Shown here: positions 28,161-36,959 of the stretch, piece by piece | How the letters are laid out: the number at the start of each line of letters is the position of its first letter | How positions within the stretch are numbered: the first letter of the stretch is position 1 | IMG/VR virus record: IMGVR_UViG_3300028364_000048 | Coordinates: 1-50,672 of that record | Length of the DNA stretch: 50,672 nucleotides | Direction: 5' to 3' (one strand) | From: a virus | Taxonomy: Duplodnaviria > Caudoviricetes | Notes under the pieces: model-generated | The model's input: the letters and a program-made list of their open reading frames with translations, nothing else | Database searches by the model: none | Told to the model about the DNA's origin: nothing | Made by a program: the position numbers and the translations under genes

Positions 28161-28161
28161 G

Positions 28162-28698
28162 TTACGTCTCCAAGTTTTTAAGTATTGCAGCTGAGAGTAT
28201 GTCTTGTGGTAGGGCGTCCCCGAATGGGTCAAGTATGTCGTGACGTATAACAGGGCACAGGCTTTCGAGTATCTTTATTTGACGCTCGTATTCATCATAC
28301 ACATCGATCATGTCGTTGTACATCTCTAAACGGTTCTTTTTTACCTCGTTGAAATGGCTGATGTAATCTTGCTTGTTCATCGGGTGGCAACAGACAAAAG
28401 TGGCGCCCAGGTTATTTGCACGATTGTATAGTTCAAGCGTTCTGTGCCGCTGCTCTGGACCGTCACGGAAAACATTACCGTAAACAACTTCGCTCATACG
28501 CCAGCGGTCAATTACAACCTGAGAGCTTTCAGACAGAATAACCGCCGCCTCAAGCAAATCCAAGTGATATTTCACCATGTAACCTGCCAGGTCTTTGTTG
28601 TACGTGGCGTGAATGTAGTGACCACCAATTTCCTTGGCAAGGGTGGTTTTCCCCGTTGCGTCTCCACCTTCCAGAATTATTATGGGGTGTATGCTCAT
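28162..28698 (-). CDS. Deoxynucleoside monophosphate (thymidylate-like) kinase
   Basis: IILEGGDATGKTT P-loop; VIDR..SEVVYG. Confidence 0.85.
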   Translation of the reverse strand: MSIHPIIILEGGDATGKTTLAKEIGGHYIHATYNKDLAGYMVKYHLDLLEAAVILSESSQVVIDRWRMSEVVYGNVFRDGPEQRHRTLELYNRANNLGATFVCCHPMNKQDYISHFNEVKKNRLEMYNDMIDVYDEYERQIKILESLCPVIRHDILDPFGDALPQDILSAAILKNLET

Positions 28699-29252
28699 AC
28701 CAAGTCACTTAAGTCAGGCGCAACCCAACCCTCCGGTTTTACAACATCCCACGTCGGATTTCGCTTTCCTTCCTTATCTGATTTTGCACGGACTTTTGAC
28801 ATGTTTGCCTTGTGCACACGGTCAAACGCCACGTTGAAAGAAAAGCCGTAGTCAAGTGCCATTTTTCGACAGCCACAGCAAATATCCAAGAGCTTGTTCA
28901 ACTCAACAAAGTCCGGGTCTAGGGAAAGTGTGTAACCACTTGACATCTTGTAAAGGTCAAGAAAGCTGAAGCTGTGTTCGGTGTGTCTTTCTACACGATC
29001 TTGAGCGCCTCCAGCAAGAAAGTAGGTGCCCATGGCAACGTAAGTAAGGTCTACAAGCCCGTCCAGCGTCTCATGCCTGTCCTTGCGGGCAAACGCCTCA
29101 TACGTTTCTTTTGCTTCCTCAACAAGGAACTTTTCACGGAACTGAACAAGGTCCGTCGGCATGTCAAGCAGGCTTTTGAACTGAGGCAGCTGAAACTTCT
29201 CGTGAAAAGAAACAATGCTCAGGTATTGCAACGTCAATTGCGAGTTTTTCAT
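28695..29252 (-). CDS. MazG-like all-alpha NTP pyrophosphatase
   Basis: EEAKE...DGLVDLTYV..G...VHKANMSK...KPEGW..PDL motifs. Confidence 0.85.
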   Translation of the reverse strand: MKNSQLTLQYLSIVSFHEKFQLPQFKSLLDMPTDLVQFREKFLVEEAKETYEAFARKDRHETLDGLVDLTYVAMGTYFLAGGAQDRVERHTEHSFSFLDLYKMSSGYTLSLDPDFVELNKLLDICCGCRKMALDYGFSFNVAFDRVHKANMSKVRAKSDKEGKRNPTWDVVKPEGWVAPDLSDLV

Positions 29253-30154
29253 TTGCCATCTTCCTCAGAAAAGTTTTTGTCAAGGTTTTGCCAGTCGTCC
29301 GACGATGCCCAAGGCTCCTTGATTTCCGATAGAGGCGGGAACTTCCGCTTGTATTCGGGACCGGCCGGACGCAAGTGCCAGATAGAGTTGCGCGACAAAT
29401 GTGGGAACGGCGTGCAGAACATGTTAGACAGGACGTTCGTGTCGTGGTACGCACGTGAGGCATTGAAAAAAGCCTCCATACCGGGGTACTCTTTGAACAG
29501 AGCATCCTTGTACTCGGTGATTGAAGCAAACGTTCCAAAGTTGGACATGACTTGAAAGCCGGCGTTTTCGATCATTGCACCGAGCGCCGCGTGGCGCATT
29601 TCATTGACGTGGTTTTTGGCTGTGGCAGTAACATTCCAACAAGGCGTTGACAAAATGACTTCCGCTTTGCCAAGTTTGGCAATCCGATGGAAACCCTCAA
29701 CCATACCTCGGGCATGCTTTGCGCTGACGTGTTCAAGTACTTCAAAGCACGTGATAAGGTTTGGAAGCATGTGACGCTGATCCGACTTTTTGACAGCGTA
29801 GTTGCCACTGGTTTTCAGCTTAATGTCCCGAGGGAAAATGGTGCTTCCGTATGTAGTGACGTCCATGCTTCCCCAATTACGATCGTGAAACTTTTCAGCG
29901 GCGTTGTAGTCAATACCCACATACTCGCAAAGCAAGCGGTTGGAATGAAGCAGTCGAGGCAACGGAAGGTCTGTGCCGCAACCGACGTCAAGGATACGAG
30001 TATCTTTGTAACGCGATCCGGAATGCATGATTTTTGCAACGTATGACCAGCGAAGGCAGTGCGCGATATAATCGCGATGAATAAACCCTCGAATTTCTGC
30101 TTGGTCAACGGAGAGGTCAGTGCCGTCAATAACACGACCATATTTGTTTGCCAT
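29249..30154 (-). CDS. Class I SAM-dependent methyltransferase
   Basis: ILDVGCG, YVGID, CFEVLEHV, ILSTP motifs; N-terminal HRDYIAH..RW block. Confidence 0.85.
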   Translation of the reverse strand: MANKYGRVIDGTDLSVDQAEIRGFIHRDYIAHCLRWSYVAKIMHSGSRYKDTRILDVGCGTDLPLPRLLHSNRLLCEYVGIDYNAAEKFHDRNWGSMDVTTYGSTIFPRDIKLKTSGNYAVKKSDQRHMLPNLITCFEVLEHVSAKHARGMVEGFHRIAKLGKAEVILSTPCWNVTATAKNHVNEMRHAALGAMIENAGFQVMSNFGTFASITEYKDALFKEYPGMEAFFNASRAYHDTNVLSNMFCTPFPHLSRNSIWHLRPAGPEYKRKFPPLSEIKEPWASSDDWQNLDKNFSEEDGK

Positions 30155-30200
30155 TTCTAGCCCCCTGATTTGTATACTTGTATAAGATTGAGTTTGCCTT

Positions 30201-30224
30201 GGGCTCCCTTTTTAAGGGGAGCCC
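30201..30224. terminator. Hairpin, probable terminator
   Basis: GGGCTCCC...GGGAGCCC stem downstream of the 30243 gene. Confidence 0.55.
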
Positions 30225-30242
30225 TTTTAATAAGCTAACTAC

Positions 30243-30608
30243 TCAGACTTCTTCGTCGTCTGTTTCGGCTTCGTCTTCGTCTTCTGCTTCTTCCATATCA
30301 CCGTCGACTGCTTCGCCCGAGGCATCTACCTTTGACTTCGTCTTTGCAGGTGCGGGTTCAGCGCGTTCGACCGTAACAAGGCCATCGACTTCTTCAAGCT
30401 TGGGGAGGTAGTACCCAAGGATGCGTTCGAGCGGCTGCCTGGATGTGATATTGCCTTCCATCGATGTGACAACGTCAGCAGTGTCAACTGCCACGCCTAC
30501 GCCATGCGCTTCGATTGCAGACTCGATGATCCCGCGCATTTGCGGCGCCATTTTGTCCTCAGCTGTGAGTTCACGGTTGAAAGTGATGGATTTTACGCGA
30601 GTGGCCAT
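30243..30608 (-). CDS. Putative DNA-binding protein with acidic tail (paralog family)
   Basis: APQMRGII...ITSRQPLERILGYYLPKLEE shared with two other ORFs; GGAGG RBS. Confidence 0.6.
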   Translation of the reverse strand: MATRVKSITFNRELTAEDKMAPQMRGIIESAIEAHGVGVAVDTADVVTSMEGNITSRQPLERILGYYLPKLEEVDGLVTVERAEPAPAKTKSKVDASGEAVDGDMEEAEDEDEAETDDEEV

Positions 30609-30728
30609 GATGACCTCCTATTTTTGGTTGGGTTTGGTTGGTTTTAGTTTCGACTTCTAATTCGTAACACGCTATAACTTTGTCCGTCATCCCTGAAATG
30701 AAACATTTATCAGGGATGACGATCTTTT

Positions 30729-31127
30729 TTATTCTGCCAGAGTTACGCCAGCATCTTCGAGCTTCCGGGCGTAGAACGCGAACAGAACAGCGTGATCTTG
30801 CTTGCTCTTCAGAACGCCAGCCGCGATTGCAGCCGCGACAATTGAGTCGCCACGACCAACAAACTCTTCTTTCTCCATGAAGTCAAAAATTGCTTTTGCT
30901 TGCGGAGCAAGTGCGTCGTACGCCTTTTGGTTCTTTTCAATCACCTCGTAACGACGGCCGTGGTAAGGCATAGTGCGGACGAAGTTTCCGCCGTGCTGCG
31001 TTACGTCATAAGTGACTGTCTTATCTGCGATTGCAGCGGCAAGGGCTTCCTTGCTCATGTCGTGACGACCGACAATGTTCATCTGGGTGGCAGTGGCAAG
31101 AAGATCTTTTTTGGTTGGGTTTGTCAT
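30729..31127 (-). CDS. Rho-N/HEH-like N-terminus plus paralog-family domain (cassette gene)
   Basis: TKKDLLATATQMNIVGRHDMSKEALAAAI resembles Rho_N; LAPQAKAI...LKSKQ...FYARKL. Confidence 0.6.
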   Translation of the reverse strand: MTNPTKKDLLATATQMNIVGRHDMSKEALAAAIADKTVTYDVTQHGGNFVRTMPYHGRRYEVIEKNQKAYDALAPQAKAIFDFMEKEEFVGRGDSIVAAAIAAGVLKSKQDHAVLFAFYARKLEDAGVTLAE

Positions 31128-31159
31128 GGTTTCATTCCTTGGTGTATGTTTGTATGTGT

Positions 31160-31202
31160 GTGTCCGTAAGAATAGAATACTCCGTGTGGCGGGCCTTGTA
31201 CA
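31160..31202 (-). promoter_or_regulatory. Repeated early promoter element, copy 8
   Basis: TGTACA-N17-TATTCT-ATTCTTACGGACAC. Confidence 0.8.
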
Positions 31203-31278
31203 CAAGTATTTTCACTATTCTGACATTATTTTACCTACGCCAGGTGGACGGGCATTGCTGCCCGTCTCTGTCAAGGAG

Positions 31279-31461
31279 TCACTTAATCCCCCATACATGA
31301 TGCGGCCACAGAGAACGAATCTCTTCGAGGTTCATGTTGGACAATTGCTCGAAAAGGCGCTTCCGCTTCTGGCAATACTCATCGCTTGGTAGCAAGAAGG
31401 CGTCACCCTTCATGATCCTGTTGATTACTCTCTCTCGCGTTTGCTGAAGGCTCATTTTCAT
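31279..31461 (-). CDS. Small hypothetical protein
   Basis: AAGGAG RBS; hairpin GACGGGCA-TTGC-TGCCCGTC follows at 31247-31266. Confidence 0.55.
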   Translation of the reverse strand: MKMSLQQTRERVINRIMKGDAFLLPSDEYCQKRKRLFEQLSNMNLEEIRSLWPHHVWGIK

Positions 31462-31489
31462 GGTCTTGGCTCCTTGCCGGGCGGGGCTG

Positions 31490-31663
31490 TTAAGCCGCCG
31501 CCGTTTTGGTGTTGCGAACGTGGTTCAATTCGAGGGCCACTTCCCATGCCCCGGCGGAGCGGGCGGCGACTTCAAGGTCCAGCAGATTGCAGAGGTTAAC
31601 CTTGGAGACGATCATCTCGTGCAGGTCGGTGTGGGCGGCGGCGATCAGGGTGGTGAGGGTCAT
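31490..31663 (-). CDS. Small early protein (cassette gene)
   Basis: AAGGAG RBS after promoter copy 9. Confidence 0.55.
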   Translation of the reverse strand: MTLTTLIAAAHTDLHEMIVSKVNLCNLLDLEVAARSAGAWEVALELNHVRNTKTAAA

Positions 31664-31688
31664 GGTGTGGCTCCTTGCCGGTATGTTT

Positions 31689-31731
31689 GTATTCCTAAGA
31701 CTAGAGTAGCGCGTGTAAGAGGTGCTGTAAA
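31689..31731 (-). promoter_or_regulatory. Repeated early promoter element, copy 9
   Basis: TTTACA-N17-TACTCT-AGTCTTAGGAATAC. Confidence 0.8.
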
Positions 31732-31851
31732 CACTTTTTGTGTTATCCGACAAAATATATGGACAAGCGGTTGGAATGTCTATCGGTTGTCTCGTATGAC
31801 TTGCCAGGTTTAACGAGTTGATGCCTTGAAAACCAATGTTGACCCAATTTC

Positions 31852-32085
31852 CTAATATTCACCATGAAACTCTGTGTATGACATAAGTTCCAAAGATCGT
31901 TGTAATGACAACAATGCTTCTTCCACGTCTTGTTTTTCAGACTTTGCGCCGCGTTTACCTGGCGCAAGCAACTTTTTAATAGCGTGTTGAATTGCAGGGC
32001 ACCTAACGTCAAACGCTAGTAAAACGTCATAGACGTCTACTTCTGTTTTTTCTTTTCCGATTGTTCTCTTGTACTTATTTGCCAT
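31852..32085 (-). CDS. Conserved small phage protein (DUF3310-like)
   Basis: DVYDVLLAF.V..PAIQHAIKKLL.PG.RG.K...QD motif. Confidence 0.6.
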   Translation of the reverse strand: MANKYKRTIGKEKTEVDVYDVLLAFDVRCPAIQHAIKKLLAPGKRGAKSEKQDVEEALLSLQRSLELMSYTEFHGEY

Positions 32086-32086
32086 T

Positions 32087-32650
32087 TCATTCCCACGCTT
32101 TCTTTTTGTAAAGGTCCATGTAAAGTCGAATTAGGCCATTAACATCGGCCTCGGCGGTATGTGCATCCTTTAGCTCTTCTTTAAAAAGGTGCTTGTAAAT
32201 ATTTCCAATGCTGTGGCTAGCAGCATCTTTATTGATACGCCTTGACGCCTCAAGTGTGCAGCGTCGCTTTATTGCTTCAAACGGCTTTTCAAACGCAAGT
32301 TGGTGCTCTTCAGCGTGGACCATACGGCAGTCAAACTGAACGTTGTGGGCTGCAACCATACCCGCGTCAAGGCACATACCAAAGAATTCATCTCTGGTCT
32401 GCAACCAGTAAGGTGCATCCTTGAGACTGTCCATTGTTATACCCGTGAGCTGGGTTATCTTTTTAGGTATAAACTTTGCACCCTTGACATTGGTTTTGAG
32501 AACCTTGACAACCTCGTAGTCACCATTGCTATCATACTCAAGTTGTGCGGCGTAGATTTGAGTTATGCGCGGTTGCATATCCAATGGCTGTTTTTCAATA
32601 GGCATTTTAGGGAAACCAGTAGTCTCGGTGTCGAATAGGACGATTTTCAC
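32087..32650 (-). CDS. DEDDh 3'-5' exonuclease (DnaQ-like)
   Basis: FDTETTG, AHNVQFD and AHTAEAD motifs. Confidence 0.9.
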   Translation of the reverse strand: MKIVLFDTETTGFPKMPIEKQPLDMQPRITQIYAAQLEYDSNGDYEVVKVLKTNVKGAKFIPKKITQLTGITMDSLKDAPYWLQTRDEFFGMCLDAGMVAAHNVQFDCRMVHAEEHQLAFEKPFEAIKRRCTLEASRRINKDAASHSIGNIYKHLFKEELKDAHTAEADVNGLIRLYMDLYKKKAWE

Positions 32651-32976
32651 TCTTCTTCTCCCCTGAAGTTGCAATCTTTTAAAGCAAAAGACCTACTTGC
32701 ATTTTTTACTAAGTCATGGCCTGTAATAAGCCATTGTTTTTCTGGGTGCCACTCAGTAGACCCAAAATATAGTTTGAGCTTACCTTTAACAAATCGACGG
32801 TTAACTTCTCCACGGTAGTTTTTGTAGGTAAAGATGATGTGCTCTACACATTCTTTATCAAGCTCAATTTCGGCTTTCCCACAGATCATGCACTGATCTA
32901 ATACAACGTCGCCATTGTTATCTTTTAAGTGATCAGGGCAGTCTTTGTCTGATTTTTTGTATAGGACGTGCTTCAT
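32647..32976 (-). CDS. WYL-domain-like protein
   Basis: FTYKNYRGE..RR.V...QWLITGHDL.KNASRSFAL pattern. Confidence 0.7.
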   Translation of the reverse strand: MKHVLYKKSDKDCPDHLKDNNGDVVLDQCMICGKAEIELDKECVEHIIFTYKNYRGEVNRRFVKGKLKLYFGSTEWHPEKQWLITGHDLVKNASRSFALKDCNFRGEEE

Positions 32977-32979
32977 TTT

Positions 32980-35535
32980 CTATCTCACAATGTTAAGGTT
33001 TGACTGGCTGTCTTCTTTGTTATAAACTGCAAAGCTTTCATTGTCACCGGTTTCTTTTACAAAGGTTTGCTTTGCTTCTAGTATGCCCGGCAGCATGAGC
33101 TTTTGGACTCCGCTATACGATGAAAGGAAACGGCCGCGAGGATTATTGTTTATCTCAACACCGGCCTGTCCTTTTCCGTATGTGTATGTTCTCAGATACT
33201 TGTAGAAAGCTCTTGTCTTCATGTGGCGGCGCTCGTCACGAATAGACTCTTTCTGCCAGGCCTCAAACAAGTCCCACAGCACTGACCTTTCTACCACTGC
33301 GTTCTGGTTCCAAGGCATAAAGCTAGGACCTGACGGACCTGACACAAACCCGCCATTATAAAGTGACTTTGAATACCAGCGGTTGAAAGTATACTCTGGA
33401 GAGTATTCTTGGCTGATCATTTTTTGTTTTGCAAGCGCGCTTGTTTTTGGTATCTCAAGCTTTATATTTGGTAACTTGTATTCTTTAAGATACTTATAAA
33501 GAGCCCATGGACCGCCATTAGACTTCTCTTTAAGCAGCGCATCCCAGTAAGACGTGTCACCGACGTGCGTGTCCGGTACCTCAATTGGAACCAGACGTCT
33601 TTCTCCTTTCGTGACTTGTGCAAGGCTATCCCTATTTGTAGTAAAGATAAAATGCATGAAATTGTCGCGCGTGATCTGTCCTTTACCTTTTGCCTCGCAA
33701 ACAAACGTTGAAGACGTTGACAGGTGCTTGAGTGTATCGAGTTGCGCTCCCTGTGATATTTTTGCCTCTTCAACGCGTATCAATAACTTTCCAAGCAGCT
33801 GATGGTTAAACTGCCCAGTGATCCTGTTTACATCTGATGAGGTAAAACAGGCCTGGTCGCCAAGCATGTGCTGCAGGTAGTCGCCAAATATTGATTTGCC
33901 TGATCCGTGCTCTCCAATCAGGGCAAGCATCCCACCGCTTCTTTTATCTGGAGTCTGTATCATATGAGCAAGAAAGCGCATTACATAGTCGTGCAATTCT
34001 TTAGGATCTTCCTCACCCGAGCAAATAAACTTTACATGCTCGAGAAACTTTTCACATGATCCGCTTTGGTCCATGCTTTCAGCGGCAACACCTTGCCAAA
34101 GGTTTACAACCCAACCATTGTCGCTGTCTTTGTATATCTTTCCTTTTGACGGGTTTACAGCAGATTTTGAAAACTTGCGCCGCTCGCCACCTGAGAACCA
34201 AATAGCAGCGGCATTCTTTGCTGGCTTCTTTGGTTCAACTTCTATTTTTATGTTACCATAAAGCAAACTAAAACTTTGGTAAGGTATGATTGCCTCTTCG
34301 GGGCTTTTGTATATGCTATCAAGGATAACCACTTGCGGATGCCGACCTTCCAGAAGAACACCAAACCGTTGATTAAAATAGTCAGTCATGTCTCTGAAGT
34401 GTGAGTAATCCCCGGAAAAAGGGAAGAAAAGCCCTTTTTCAAGTTGATCGTCGGGTCCATCTGCGTCGTCGTCATAAGATATCTCAGATCTTGGATTGTG
34501 GCTTTCGCCACTCTCATCTAAAAACCTTGCTATAAGCTCTAAGAACTTAGGAGGATGCGCATCTGTTGAAGTTGGGTAGTCTGCAATGTCCCATTTTTTC
34601 GGTAGGTTAAACCAATTTATGTCGACGACGTCAATGCTAGTTGCAATCCCGCCAAGAGCCTTTTTCACATCAAACGCGCCAAGAACTCCAGCTGTGTCCG
34701 CGTCGGGTATGATAATGACATTTCGGCCTTTAAGTGAAGACCAGTCGGTGTTGCCAACGGCTTGAGTACCACCTTTCCAAGTAGTAAATACGTAGCCAGG
34801 GTATCGTTGCGATATTTCTGTGTTACCATAGTCTGCGGCTTTTTCGCCTTCAACCACAATAACGATTGCGTCGGACTTAGTAGAAACGTAGGTTAACGAA
34901 TAGAGCATGTGCAGGTGTTTTTCCGACGACCAACCCTTGCACTGCCACTTTGGATTGTTGGGATCAGTCGGCCTATTTGGCTCGTCATGCTCGTCATAGT
35001 AGCCAAAGCTGTATTGCAGAATTCTCTTAGGATGGCCAACCGCGTCGTAGCGAACAACGATGCTATTTGCAAAGTCCCCGTCTGTGTAAATGTGAACCAT
35101 AGACTTGTGGAATTGCACAGGTCTACCGACTTTTTTATCTTGCAGGGATATAGTGTCCCTTAGCCTTGACGCATAGCCAGCCGCTGCTCTGTGGGATACT
35201 GGTATGCTGTTCCACTTGAATTTTGGCTGCGAACGCTCCGGGTATTTTTTTTCGTATTTACGATTTTCTTCTCTCGCTTTCTCAGCCTCAACCTGCTGTG
35301 GCCACGCGCCTCGTTCGGTGAGCAGTTTATATACTTCTTTTTCACAACCATGTGACCAGCACTTAATGAGAATGCCGACGCCTTCTTTAAGTGATACTGA
35401 TAAACTTGCGTTTGTGTCTCCATGAATTGGGCAGTAACAGGTAAAGCTTCCGTCTTGCCCAACAGTCCCATCCCACCCAAACTCTTTTACGCAAAGCTGT
35501 TCCACTTGGGAAAGAGTGTAGTGGAAGTCAGTCAT
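32980..35535 (-). CDS. DNA primase-helicase (Zn finger + TOPRIM + NrS-1/D5-like SF3 helicase)
   Basis: CPIHGD..SLS...C.S.GC; VEGEKAAD, PDAD..G, WDIAD; GEHGSGKS, FTTN, ERRL. Confidence 0.9.
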   Translation of the reverse strand: MTDFHYTLSQVEQLCVKEFGWDGTVGQDGSFTCYCPIHGDTNASLSVSLKEGVGILIKCWSHGCEKEVYKLLTERGAWPQQVEAEKAREENRKYEKKYPERSQPKFKWNSIPVSHRAAAGYASRLRDTISLQDKKVGRPVQFHKSMVHIYTDGDFANSIVVRYDAVGHPKRILQYSFGYYDEHDEPNRPTDPNNPKWQCKGWSSEKHLHMLYSLTYVSTKSDAIVIVVEGEKAADYGNTEISQRYPGYVFTTWKGGTQAVGNTDWSSLKGRNVIIIPDADTAGVLGAFDVKKALGGIATSIDVVDINWFNLPKKWDIADYPTSTDAHPPKFLELIARFLDESGESHNPRSEISYDDDADGPDDQLEKGLFFPFSGDYSHFRDMTDYFNQRFGVLLEGRHPQVVILDSIYKSPEEAIIPYQSFSLLYGNIKIEVEPKKPAKNAAAIWFSGGERRKFSKSAVNPSKGKIYKDSDNGWVVNLWQGVAAESMDQSGSCEKFLEHVKFICSGEEDPKELHDYVMRFLAHMIQTPDKRSGGMLALIGEHGSGKSIFGDYLQHMLGDQACFTSSDVNRITGQFNHQLLGKLLIRVEEAKISQGAQLDTLKHLSTSSTFVCEAKGKGQITRDNFMHFIFTTNRDSLAQVTKGERRLVPIEVPDTHVGDTSYWDALLKEKSNGGPWALYKYLKEYKLPNIKLEIPKTSALAKQKMISQEYSPEYTFNRWYSKSLYNGGFVSGPSGPSFMPWNQNAVVERSVLWDLFEAWQKESIRDERRHMKTRAFYKYLRTYTYGKGQAGVEINNNPRGRFLSSYSGVQKLMLPGILEAKQTFVKETGDNESFAVYNKEDSQSNLNIVR

Positions 35536-36301
35536 TCTGATTTATCCGATTGTTACAGTTATTTTTAAGCTCTTCGTAATAGCCATTTCTTACAGAATGC
35601 GAAATGCTCCCAGAGTATTTTTTAGCAAATAAAGAAAAGCTTGAAAATTCTCTTGCTAAGTCAAACGACTTTTGCTTATTCCATTTTATGCCAACGATCC
35701 ACCCAAAATCTTCCTGCAACCTGTTAAGTATACCTAACTTAAGAGCTGCAGCATAAACAGAAGTGTTTTTCTTAAACTCAGATTTGTTTTTACACAATAA
35801 AGCGGCGGCATAGACTGAAGACTCTGAGTGAATTTGTTGAGAGCCACCTAAATTTCCTGCACGATTAACGTTTGTGACAGTAAACCCTAAATCCTTATAA
35901 CTCTGCACATACTTTTCTTCAAGTTCAGCGGCTTGACCCGCATCAATGTAATCAGTTAAAAGCGTATACTCAAAATCACTGGACATGATTATTGCAACAG
36001 TTGAATGCTGCGTAAGCATTTTGTGCTTGTATAGTCTTACATCAAAATTATACGTTAAGCCTATATACGCTTTGTTTAATGACTTGGAAAAAAGAACATA
36101 GACAAGCCTTTTATACCTATTGCCGGCACCGGCGTGGTGCTTTATATCTTTTAGCCTATCTTTTTTCCACATTCTTGCATAAAGGTTAAAGTTTTTGACA
36201 CGCAATTCACTGCGTGTAGGGTACTCTGAAGCCAACAAGAAGTCTTCTTGTTCGTTATAGAACCTATAAACCTCTTTTTTAATCATCCCTGTCAACGCCA
36301 T
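35528..36301 (-). CDS. GIY-YIG-like (homing) endonuclease
   Basis: LVYVL....KAYIGLT....RLYKH...AAELE...N; AT-rich; start uncertain. Confidence 0.75.
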   Translation of the reverse strand: MALTGMIKKEVYRFYNEQEDFLLASEYPTRSELRVKNFNLYARMWKKDRLKDIKHHAGAGNRYKRLVYVLFSKSLNKAYIGLTYNFDVRLYKHKMLTQHSTVAIIMSSDFEYTLLTDYIDAGQAAELEEKYVQSYKDLGFTVTNVNRAGNLGGSQQIHSESSVYAAALLCKNKSEFKKNTSVYAAALKLGILNRLQEDFGWIVGIKWNKQKSFDLAREFSSFSLFAKKYSGSISHSVRNGYYEELKNNCNNRINQND

Positions 36302-36959
36302 CTTCCTCATTATTGTAGCTTTTTCTAGGATATTCGACATAGCCCTTATCGTAAAGCTGTGGCAGATAATATTGGAGAATGGAGAAAGGAGGCTGTTTTG
36401 TCTTAAGACCAAACTTGTGCAAACTAGCGCTAAGTATTTTTAGCTCGTTCATATCGTATGCGGATTGCTGCCCGTCGATAAGAGCTGCAATGATCACCTT
36501 ACACTGTTTGGGGAATTTGACCTCAGCTTCTGCAAGGCCTTTTAAATCAAACAAAAATGAATTGCCTTTGTTTTTAAGCTTGGCCTTCATCCGCGTGATT
36601 TTAGACTTTTGAAAGATTGCCCAAACGGCCTCAAACGGGTTTATTGTAACGTCCGTAAGACGGTTACCGGTAATCAGGCGATACATTTTACGCGCTTGAA
36701 TTGGCCTATAAACTGTCTTAAAATGGTTAATGCTAACGATAACATTGCTGCTGAAGACATTTGGGTTCATAAACCTTGATATGGCCTCAAAGCTTTCATA
36801 CGCGCGGTAGTTAAGAAAATTTACACTTTCCCTATAGTAAACCGTAACAAACGCGCAAGGTGCTTCTCTTGGCACGTTAGGATTTTCAACAAACTCAAGC
36901 AGGTGCTGATACGCCTGACTCGGGTGGTCATACGGGGGGACGACTTTAACGTGTTTCAT
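36279..36959 (-). CDS. Hypothetical protein with C-terminal paralog-family (putative DNA-binding) domain
   Basis: FPKQCKVII...LKTKQPPFSILQYYLPQLYDKG. Confidence 0.6.
   Translation of the reverse strand: MKHVKVVPPYDHPSQAYQHLLEFVENPNVPREAPCAFVTVYYRESVNFLNYRAYESFEAISRFMNPNVFSSNVIVSINHFKTVYRPIQARKMYRLITGNRLTDVTINPFEAVWAIFQKSKITRMKAKLKNKGNSFLFDLKGLAEAEVKFPKQCKVIIAALIDGQQSAYDMNELKILSASLHKFGLKTKQPPFSILQYYLPQLYDKGYVEYPRKSYNNEEDGVDRDD

Noticed and set aside
29249-30154. Conventional DNA adenine/cytosine methyltransferase
   Set aside because: Lacks DPPY/NPPY/SPPY and C5-MTase PC-Q/ENV motifs; looks like a small-molecule class I MTase.
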